The notes under the pieces were generated by a model, which saw nothing but the letters and a program-made list of their open reading frames with translations, searched no databases and had not been told where the DNA came from. The position numbers and the translations under genes were made by a program. This document shows, piece by piece, positions 52,153 through 59,935 of a stretch of 64,000 bases of DNA. The stretch lies in IMG/VR virus record IMGVR_UViG_3300025117_000032; one strand, 5' to 3'. Each line of letters begins with the position of its first letter. The first letter of the stretch is position 1. Source of the DNA: a virus.

Positions 52153-53036
52153 TGTAAAATCTCCCTGGCACAATCTATCACACGGTTTGGTTTCACCATG
52201 CTGCAACTGTTTGGGTTGAAAAACGATTTACCATTCTTGTTTTTTGGCTCAAATGCCATTGGGTTTTCAGTATGCCCCTTTACCCTATGGTATGTTAGAA
52301 TGTGAATAGCTGGCATTGAATACGCCCCAATGATCCACATTGCGCCAGAATCAGAACCAATTACCAAGTTACACTCTAACGCCAACCGAATTTGGTCAAA
52401 TAAAGATGTGTTGGTGTGTCTCTTTGTTACACCCGCAATAGTTGGCTCTGTGATCCAACCAAAGTGGTGGACATCATACTCTTTCAACCCAGAAATAACC
52501 GCTTCCCACCACTCGACTGTTGGGGATCTACTTGGTTCTGACCCATAATGTGCAAATGGAAAAATGGCAATACTTTTTTTCTTGGGAGCGTTGATTACCT
52601 CCAAGTTAGAGTACCCATGGTTTTCTGGGATATGAAGTGTAGAGATATCAACCCACCATTTTGTAAGAGTTGGGTATTGCTTAGATTCTGGAATGGTATC
52701 CCATATGCCAGCCATTCTAAAGTTCTGCTCAACGCTACTAATTTTATTGAACCAAAACAGATCATCTACCGAAGGGGCCTCATTAATTTGAATGTCACAA
52801 GATTCCTTCAAAGCTTTGTCGTTACTTCCAAGACTTTCCCAGCCCTCCGTAATATAGATTTTGTCTATGTGTTTTTGTGATATATAAAGTGGAGCAGCCT
52901 GGGAATTTTTTCTGTGGATTACCCAATTAACATAGCTGTCTTTGTGTTGTTCTTTGATGTAATCCAAAATAGTTAAACCTATTATTGTGTCACCTATGAT
53001 GCCCGCTCGTATGCCCCAAATTTTAACATTGCTCAT
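52149..53036 (-). CDS. Glycosyltransferase family 9-like
   Basis: AGIIGDTI, IGSDSGAMWI.GAY. Confidence 0.7.
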   Translation of the reverse strand: MSNVKIWGIRAGIIGDTIIGLTILDYIKEQHKDSYVNWVIHRKNSQAAPLYISQKHIDKIYITEGWESLGSNDKALKESCDIQINEAPSVDDLFWFNKISSVEQNFRMAGIWDTIPESKQYPTLTKWWVDISTLHIPENHGYSNLEVINAPKKKSIAIFPFAHYGSEPSRSPTVEWWEAVISGLKEYDVHHFGWITEPTIAGVTKRHTNTSLFDQIRLALECNLVIGSDSGAMWIIGAYSMPAIHILTYHRVKGHTENPMAFEPKNKNGKSFFNPNSCSMVKPNRVIDCAREILQ

Positions 53037-53819
53037 ACTAACCCAAACCCCCATCCATCTAGGAACACATAATCACCAGGATCCTTGGGGTGGTTGAACA
53101 TTTTTTCCGCTGGTTTTTCATACCTATTGGGGTACACCACAACTTCTTTTCCAGCGAAAGCTGCTAGTGTCTTTCCCCATGAATCAGCACCTATGAATTT
53201 TGAACAGCTTCGTATTAACCTAAATGAATTCTCAAAGTCTGTCACCCACACATCACCAAAGGGTTCTCCTATTTTTTCCTTGTCCTTCTTTGACCCAATC
53301 AAACAAACTCTTCCATACCCAGAATACTCATTGGCAATGGAGTTTAACACAACCCTTGGAATCTCTTTGATCTTTGTTGGATCATCGGCACCACCAAAAG
53401 GCTGAATGACCGTCAACACTTGCTCATTTGGTATCGGGAAAGCCCATGCTGGGTATCGTTTCACTCCGTAGTAATCAAACACATTTGTCTTTCCACACTC
53501 AATCCAATCTTCAACATACATAAACTGCCTTGGTGTTACACCAGACCCAACAAAATTTGGGTGTTGAACAAGAAGCTCCCAAATAATCGGACTAGTGTGA
53601 AATGATGCTCTAGGGTAAAACCACCATTTTTTCACCTTTGGAAACTGCTTGGATATCTCTCTGATTGTGGTTACATTGTTGCACACAAAAACAACATCTG
53701 TGTGAGAATCAATGTTATCGTAAAATGTTGCCATCAGTAAAAAAAAAATCACCTAGACCACCTATTCCAAAATAGAATTTGTTCTCTACATTTGCTAACA
53801 ACCCTTGCATGAAACTCAT
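53033..53819 (-). CDS. Glycosyltransferase family 9-like, +1 frameshift in a T10 run
   Basis: ATG 53819 (ATGA overlap) gives ...FGIGGLGD, and +1 frame continues FFLLMATF...FIGADSW; T10 at 53739-53748. Confidence 0.65.
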
Positions 53820-54550
53820 TTTTTCTCCCATCGTTTTTTCTGGCTTAAACTCATTTTTAATCTTACTTCTTCTGATACTGGTTTCCTTTTTTTAGCAGCC
53901 TCACTCATTTTTTTTCTCTCATTTGGATCGGAAAAGCGTTTCTTAATTGCCACTGATAATGCTTCTCTATGAGATTTAGATTTTTTTCCCCCATATGAAT
54001 TTTTATACCACCCACGTTTGCTTTTTTCTAACCTTGTTTCACTTATCTTTTTCTTCGTTTTTTCACTATGTTCTTTTCCATACATTCCATTTGTTTCTCC
54101 TGTTAATCTAACTCCATACATTGGGTTGTTTTCTCCAGAATATTTCCCTTTGGCTTTTTCGCTCATTTTTTTCTTTGTTTCTTCGCTGTGTTTTTTTCCA
54201 TAAAATGGGTTTGTTTCTCCTGTTAATCTAACTCCATACATTGGGTTGTTTTCTCCAGGACTTGCCCCATCTCCACCAAGAGTTTGATTATATCCAGACC
54301 TAAATGTGCAATATTCTTCGATGTACTTTATTTCTAGTTTTCCAAGCTCCTCAAATAACAAAGTTTCATCAATTTTTTCTATGGAAAAATTTTCACTTCC
54401 ATATTTCCTGATTGCTCTTTGTATGGAACAATTGATTTTTAATGAGTTTGCATCATATATGTGTTTAAACCACCTTTTTTCCATAGTAAGAGTTGTTTTA
54501 CCAACATACTGTTTTCCATTTATTTTGTTTGTTATCAAATATATTACCAT
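53816..54550 (-). CDS. GIY-YIG homing endonuclease with NUMOD3 repeats
   Basis: VIYLITNKINGKQYVGKT, GYNQTLGGDG, NPFYGKKHSEETKKKMS. Confidence 0.9.
   Translation of the reverse strand: MVIYLITNKINGKQYVGKTTLTMEKRWFKHIYDANSLKINCSIQRAIRKYGSENFSIEKIDETLLFEELGKLEIKYIEEYCTFRSGYNQTLGGDGASPGENNPMYGVRLTGETNPFYGKKHSEETKKKMSEKAKGKYSGENNPMYGVRLTGETNGMYGKEHSEKTKKKISETRLEKSKRGWYKNSYGGKKSKSHREALSVAIKKRFSDPNERKKMSEAAKKRKPVSEEVRLKMSLSQKKRWEKK
54090..54258. repeat. 49-bp exact direct repeat, 120-bp period
   Basis: 54090-54138 = 54210-54258; encodes GENNPMYGVRLTGETN twice. Confidence 0.9.
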
Positions 54551-54565
54551 TTACAACCTCCACTA

Positions 54566-54572
54566 ATAAATA
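54566..54572 (-). promoter_or_regulatory. TATTTAT motif, putative late promoter element
   Basis: 16 nt upstream of the GIY-YIG start, followed by GGAGG. Confidence 0.5.
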
Positions 54573-54598
54573 CTAGTAGAAAGTCTCCAAATCCATTA

Positions 54599-55210
54599 TC
54601 ATTGTATCTTTGCCCACCTTTCTTTTTCAAACTGGCAGGCTTGCATGTCCGCTTGGTGAAGTAATAATGCCAACCAAGTTTCCTTGTGTGCATAGGGTTT
54701 GTTTTCTGGGGTGTATTGCCCATCGTGAATAATAATGGCTTGGTATTCTTCATCGGTAAGCTTTACACCAAAGTCTGTTAGGAGTTTTACGGATCTGATT
54801 GCTGTGCCAAGATATATAAGACTCTCATTATGCTCATACATCATCCCAAGCTTTTCTCTGTGCCACTGTGATTCATTGGGGAGGAAGTAATCTTCATTGA
54901 CCGTACCAACCTTTCCCAAATCATGAAACAGCCCACAGACAATGATTGAATCTTGGCTAATGTTTTTCTTGTTTGCCATAGTTGAAAGATTGGAATACAC
55001 CCTCATTGAGTGTTCCAACAACCCACCTGGGAAACAGTTGTGGTATTCTAGTCTGTTCGATGCTGGGGCAACAAAAAACCTGTTCCCAATCTCTGCCATC
55101 AAGTTCTCGATAGCAATCAGATTTTCAGTATTCTTTATCCCCTTGACAATCTCCGTGAATTTTTCAGATAGCTCTATGATTCTGCTATCTTCCAACCTAA
55201 ACTCTTTCAT
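54599..55210 (-). CDS. HD-domain phosphohydrolase (YhaM/Cbf1-like)
   Basis: APAS...HNCFPGGLLEHS, LFHDLGKVG, IIIHDG, LHQAD. Confidence 0.85.
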   Translation of the reverse strand: MKEFRLEDSRIIELSEKFTEIVKGIKNTENLIAIENLMAEIGNRFFVAPASNRLEYHNCFPGGLLEHSMRVYSNLSTMANKKNISQDSIIVCGLFHDLGKVGTVNEDYFLPNESQWHREKLGMMYEHNESLIYLGTAIRSVKLLTDFGVKLTDEEYQAIIIHDGQYTPENKPYAHKETWLALLLHQADMQACQFEKERWAKIQ

Positions 55211-55245
55211 GACTTACCTTCCTATAACTTGTTTGTAACACACTC

Positions 55246-55274
55246 ATTATACCACATTCACCAAAAAATGTAAA
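55246..55274 (-). promoter_or_regulatory. Sigma70-like promoter TTTACA-N17-TATAAT
   Basis: Consensus -10 with extended TG element; 17-nt spacer; heads the HD/glycosylation run. Confidence 0.75.
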
Positions 55275-55279
55275 GGTTT

Positions 55280-55984
55280 TTATAGATAAACCCAATCTTT
55301 CCATTTTTTTGTTTTTGACTTTAATCTATTACTAATTGTCATTCTGGTAACACCAAACACCTTGCTTGCTTCATCTAAAGAATCAAACTGTCTACAACCA
55401 ACAACAAATGACTTATGTAGTTTGTGATTTTTACCACGCATTTTATCTGAAAACGATTCTCTATCTCTTTTTTCCCAGGATTTAGAAATCCCCCTGGATT
55501 GTTTTACTTTGAACTCTAGGCTCTCCATTATTCTTTTTTGTTTGTGCCTAAATTCACTATTTCCCCATAACTCGTTCATTATCTCTCTTGCCCTATTTTT
55601 TCTTTTTGGGGTGTTTTGTAATTTCTTTTGCGCTTCACACAATCTTTTTTTTGTCTCTGGACTATTCATCCTTAATTTGTGTTTAGTTTTTGCTTCGTTT
55701 GACCATTCTCTTCCACTAATTCCCCCTGTTTCTAGGTTGTATGTGTCTCTGCGAAAAACCCACTTGTGGTCAACATATTTTTCTTCTTCAATCATTTCTT
55801 CGTATGAAAACAACTCAACCAATATCTCCCTACTAAAGTTTTGTTTTCCATATTTTCGGATTGCTTTTGTAAGCAACACCCCTGACCCCAAATACCCATC
55901 ATTGAGATTTTTTGTTTTATGAACGCCCCTGTATTTTTTTCCATTTATCAAGTTTGTTGTTTCATAAAGAATGTAATACATCAT
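55280..55984 (-). CDS. GIY-YIG homing endonuclease (Seg-like) with C-terminal HTH
   Basis: YILYETTNLINGKKYRGVHKT..LNDGYLGSG; TYNLETGG; FDSLDEASK. Confidence 0.9.
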   Translation of the reverse strand: MMYYILYETTNLINGKKYRGVHKTKNLNDGYLGSGVLLTKAIRKYGKQNFSREILVELFSYEEMIEEEKYVDHKWVFRRDTYNLETGGISGREWSNEAKTKHKLRMNSPETKKRLCEAQKKLQNTPKRKNRAREIMNELWGNSEFRHKQKRIMESLEFKVKQSRGISKSWEKRDRESFSDKMRGKNHKLHKSFVVGCRQFDSLDEASKVFGVTRMTISNRLKSKTKKWKDWVYL

Positions 55985-57131
55985 GTTGAAAGTATTTTTC
56001 TATACCACTCACACCTTTCATTTGTAACATGCTCCAATGAATATTTTGGGTATACCAACTTATACAAATTTTCTGACAACTCTTTTCTCATTGCATCATC
56101 TAGTATCAGTTGCCGAATGTATTTGTGCCATAGCTTATGGTTTTTCCTTGGGTTGACCAACAACGCATTCTCCCTATGAGTTAACAACTGCTTGTAGACA
56201 TACAAATCAGATGCAATCAACGCTTTTTTGCACATACCAGTTTCAATTATCTTCAATTCAGACTTGCACTCATTGAATGTGTGTTCATCTAGCGGTGCCA
56301 AGCAAATGTCCACATGCTTATAGTGGTTTCCATATTGAGTTATGGGAAGTGTTGTCCTTCTTACATACTGTTCTGGTGTTGCCTTACCATTGTCGTTGAA
56401 TATGGCTTCAAATTTGTTCCATATGGACTCTTCTGGGGTTATTTTCCTTGTTCTTTCCTCTTTGGTTAGGGGATGTAATTCAGTAACAGTTCCCCTTGTG
56501 TCATATCCACACATAACAACCTGAATCTTACTAGCAATCTCCTTATCATTGAACAACACATTGAAAGTGCCCTTGATTTTGTCCAAATCTCTCTCATGAC
56601 TTGAGCCACCAATCCAACCAACCCTAACTCTATCTGATTCTGTGGTTGGGTTTTGCCACATCTTCAAATTGGGATCAATAGCATTTGGTATGATGTGAAC
56701 ATTTTTGTTTATGGTCCTTCTTATGTGTTCTGCATAGATTTCTGTGGTTGTTGTAACCCAATCAGCGCACCTTAGATTTTCAATGATTTGGTGATGGATA
56801 CCCTTCGCCACAACCATGTGATAAGCTGGGTGCCCAAAAAACGGCAGCCAGAAGTCGTCAATATCAGAAACAACAATCGCACCGGCTGTGCGAAATTTAT
56901 CAGCCCATAGTGGGGTTGTTTCAGGTTCGGCGATGCGTCTGTGATAGTGGACAATATCAAACTCCCCTATATCGTCCTCTGTTATTGGTTGCATTAGTCT
57001 AATGTCAACCTCAAACTCTTCCCCATGGTTTTTTTGTATCTCTTGTGCAACCCAAATTGATCGGTAAGCTAATAGTGCCCAACACCATAAGAATCGCTGG
57101 GTATGATTAAAATTCTAATTTTGTTGGGCAC
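55981..57131 (-). CDS. Glycosyltransferase (GT-B) interrupted by an 8-nt stop-containing gap
   Basis: GTG 57131 gives MPNKIRILIIPSDSYGVGHY-[TAG CT TAC]-RSIWVAQEIQKNHGEEFEVDIRL, joining in frame to 55981..56994 (DIDDFW, IPNAID, GWIGGSSH, FNECKSELKIIE). Confidence 0.8.
57064..57074 (-). other. Putative translational bypass element TAT-TAG-CT-TAC
   Basis: Synonymous Tyr take-off and landing codons flank the stop; an 8-nt skip restores the frame. Confidence 0.6.
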
Positions 57132-57135
57132 TATT
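57071..57135. repeat. 14-bp perfect inverted repeat spanning the start codon to the coding gap
   Basis: aatagtgcccaaca (57071-57084) / tgttgggcactatt (57122-57135). Confidence 0.9.
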
Positions 57136-57138
57136 TGA

Positions 57139-57696
57139 TCACCCACCTTTAATGAATCTGTCATATCTTTCATATAACTCTTCTTTCGTTATTGAACACT
57201 TTGCGTGCTTCGAACTGTTTTCCCCACGATATATTATGCTAAGATTGATAACGCAACCAATTATATGCGGGGGAACATCTTGTTTAAACCCCTCTAGGAC
57301 ACTAAAATTATGATCCAATGTGTATCCAGATGGTTGCAATATGTGTTTTGTTTGGATATATTCACTGTAATTTTCCAGTAAAGATATATCGGAATGCTTT
57401 GTGTACAAATTTACCAACTGTTTATATGCTTCCCATTTTGTTTTTGCAGAAAGTGGTGTCCAATATCCAGTTGACTCATGGTGGACCCTTATGCTATCTC
57501 TATTCTTTTCGTAAAAATTTTTTGATGCATCTGCGATTTTCATTAAACCAGGGTGGCATTCTTTTGTTAAACCTTTATTCCATGTGTCTAATCCAGAATG
57601 AGCGCAAGGTCTGCATTTCCAATTTTTATGCCGCCTTGTCCAATATCTTGGAAAAACTCTAATTAACCCACAGCCAACACAAGTTGCAGTATACAT
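57139..57696 (-). CDS. Free-standing HNH homing endonuclease
   Basis: CVGC..CRPC; WNKGLTKE; LDHNFSVLEGF...NLSIIYRGENSSK. Confidence 0.75.
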   Translation of the reverse strand: MYTATCVGCGLIRVFPRYWTRRHKNWKCRPCAHSGLDTWNKGLTKECHPGLMKIADASKNFYEKNRDSIRVHHESTGYWTPLSAKTKWEAYKQLVNLYTKHSDISLLENYSEYIQTKHILQPSGYTLDHNFSVLEGFKQDVPPHIIGCVINLSIIYRGENSSKHAKCSITKEELYERYDRFIKGG

Positions 57697-57713
57697 CTAT
57701 TCACCCCCACACA

Positions 57714-57720
57714 ATAAATA
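57714..57720 (-). promoter_or_regulatory. TATTTAT motif, putative late promoter element
   Basis: 18 nt upstream of the HNH start. Confidence 0.5.
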
Positions 57721-57762
57721 TGCAGTTGGGGTCATTTTTGCTCTACCAATAATCAGTAGTGT

Positions 57763-58122
57763 TCATATTATGTGTAAATTTTCCTCTCCATGAAACTCGA
57801 CAAACTTCTTTATGGTGTCCCTTGTGCCATGTCCTGGATCTCCAGGGGCAGCGATGAGAACATCCGAAAACTTTGCTATATCCGTGTTACAAACAAACCC
57901 AGCACGCTTACCGTGCGTTTTCCAATCAGCAGGAAACTCAAGGTATGGTAGTTTACGATCAAGATGGATGTAGTGGGCAAAGCTATCCGCACCCCTGGAA
58001 CAACCACCAGAGCATATCCAATCTCCTGGTTGGTATATCACATCGAACACTTCCAGAATTTTCAACAATGTATTTGGGTTCTCACGATTCCTAGAACCTA
58101 CAATACCAATGATTTTCCCCAT
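57763..58122 (-). CDS. SLOG-family (YspA/DprA-like) protein
   Basis: IGIVGSR, SGGCSRGAD, FPADWKTHGKRAG..CN..IA, GTRDTI. Confidence 0.75.
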   Translation of the reverse strand: MGKIIGIVGSRNRENPNTLLKILEVFDVIYQPGDWICSGGCSRGADSFAHYIHLDRKLPYLEFPADWKTHGKRAGFVCNTDIAKFSDVLIAAPGDPGHGTRDTIKKFVEFHGEENLHII

Positions 58123-58125
58123 AAC

Positions 58126-58392
58126 CTACCACATATCCTCACTGGTTAAAATAGACCCAATCAACTTTTCCCCAACTTGACCACTAGATTTAGCAATAAC
58201 CAACGCTTCATCACGCAACACAAACCTACCACGACTAGTTAAAAATCCTTGACCGAAAGACCTAACTGGTATACCAGTTTCATCGAATAGCATGTGGATT
58301 ATGTTGTGGTGCCGATTTGGTCTTTCTAGTGCGTGAATTTTTCCGTTTAGCTTTATGGCAGCGCACTCAATTATCTCATTCACAGAACACAT
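58126..58392 (-). CDS. Conserved hypothetical phage protein
   Basis: CAAI...RHH...QGFLTSRGRFVLRDEA..IA..SGQ...SEDMW. Confidence 0.6.
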   Translation of the reverse strand: MCSVNEIIECAAIKLNGKIHALERPNRHHNIIHMLFDETGIPVRSFGQGFLTSRGRFVLRDEALVIAKSSGQVGEKLIGSILTSEDMW

Positions 58393-58525
58393 CCTCTCTC
58401 ATGTAATCAATGACTGATCGTAGGAGATTCCAATCCCTTGTGGCATAGGCTTCCTCCAACATCTTTATCCACTCTTCTCTTTTTCTATTACCAATGTCGG
58501 CATGTATGGAACTAATAATGCTCAC
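58376..58525 (-). CDS. Hypothetical protein
   Basis: Probable GTG start (VSIISSIH); short ORF. Confidence 0.4.
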   Translation of the reverse strand: MSIISSIHADIGNRKREEWIKMLEEAYATRDWNLLRSVIDYMREDVFCE

Positions 58526-58696
58526 CTGTAACCAACCTTTCAAATAAATGGGGGGCAATCATGTTGCATATCTTCCGCTCCGCTCAATTACCCCCGCTCG
58601 ACTCCGCTCATGCTACTTCCTTAACCACCAAAAAAGATCGATCAAGGAAAGAGCCAATACAAGTTCAAACCCAAGCATTTGACATCACCACCTTCC

Positions 58697-59935
58697 TTAC
58701 TTCAGCATTCCCCTCACTTGAGGATTTTTCATTAGCCTGTTAACAAACTCATCTATCTCCTGTGGTGTTTCTAACTTGAAGTGGTTGCCATGCTTGTCTG
58801 TTATTTCTTCCTTCATGGTTGCCTTGATGATTTTCTTTAACCCAGCAACTTTGTCTTTCTCAAACTCAAGGTCTATCTCTTTCTCACCAATGATCACATA
58901 AGGCATTTCTGTTATTATATCATAACTCTTCTGTCTTGTAAAGTATTTTCCCTCAACCAAATAAATTTTCTTGGATCCAAGTTGCCTGTACATCTCATAG
59001 TTCTCATGGTACATCAACCGATACATTCTCTCTTCTGCTGGAGACAACCTACCCTTTTCTTTGAAGTAGTTGTATAGCTTCACCTTTTCTTCTGGCGACA
59101 TCTTTACTATTGTCTTTTGTTTGATTGCCTTCATATGCTCTTGTCCATTGTCAACACTCAAACCAACACTACTAAGCCAATCTTCCCCCATTCCCTTTAA
59201 AGGCTTTCCTGACAACACATCTTTGATTGGATATAGGATAGAGTTCTTAGCATCGTTGAAAAAATCATTTACCCTTATAGCTTTTTCCGATGCTGCTTGC
59301 ATTCCCTCTGCGTTTATGTATTTACTTGCATTGGTTTCGCCCTTTCCTTTGATGGCAACAATAACATCTTTGGCAGGAATTTCAATTCTCCAATTCAATA
59401 TGATGATTGGCCTTCTTCTTTTTCCAGGAACCATATCACGATTTTTGATGTGACCATTGTGTACTTCCTGTATGTCCAGCAACACCTTTTTCAAACTATC
59501 CCTGGGTGGATAAACCCAAAAACTAATCAGCTTTTTTTCAGGCCAAAATCTTCCTGGATACTTGAAGTTTCTTCTACTCCTACCAAGTTCCCGGTGGGTT
59601 GTTCCTTGATGTTCACTAACCTTCATTTCACCATTGAGATATCCGAATGCATAATTCTCTTTGGAATCCCAATAAAAGGAAACCTTCTTTGCCTTCACAC
59701 GATCTGGGTTTTCTTTGATAATCATTTTAGTCCCTTCATCTATTGTTTTCAGTTTGGTGTAATACTTTGGATCCTCTTCCAAATGAGCAAGCACAATCTT
59801 CAATAAATCAAGATTGGAATCAACCACATCAAGTTCATCGTCTGTATCGTGTTCTTTTTCTACACCAATACCCATCTTGATTTGATCAAGATCAAATTCG
59901 TCCATTCTCTTTTTTATGCTTGCTGGAATTTTCAT
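58697..59935 (-). CDS. Hypothetical protein with N-terminal DUF5661-like domain
   Basis: QIKMGIGVEKEH...KIVLAHLEEDPKYYTKL. Confidence 0.6.
   Translation of the reverse strand: MKIPASIKKRMDEFDLDQIKMGIGVEKEHDTDDELDVVDSNLDLLKIVLAHLEEDPKYYTKLKTIDEGTKMIIKENPDRVKAKKVSFYWDSKENYAFGYLNGEMKVSEHQGTTHRELGRSRRNFKYPGRFWPEKKLISFWVYPPRDSLKKVLLDIQEVHNGHIKNRDMVPGKRRRPIIILNWRIEIPAKDVIVAIKGKGETNASKYINAEGMQAASEKAIRVNDFFNDAKNSILYPIKDVLSGKPLKGMGEDWLSSVGLSVDNGQEHMKAIKQKTIVKMSPEEKVKLYNYFKEKGRLSPAEERMYRLMYHENYEMYRQLGSKKIYLVEGKYFTRQKSYDIITEMPYVIIGEKEIDLEFEKDKVAGLKKIIKATMKEEITDKHGNHFKLETPQEIDEFVNRLMKNPQVRGMLK

Noticed and set aside
40134-57074. Group I/II introns at the two coding gaps
   Set aside because: 8-9 nt cannot form a ribozyme, and no placement gives the exon-U / intron-terminal-G rule at both sites. 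Protein-catalysed micro-splicing remains untested.
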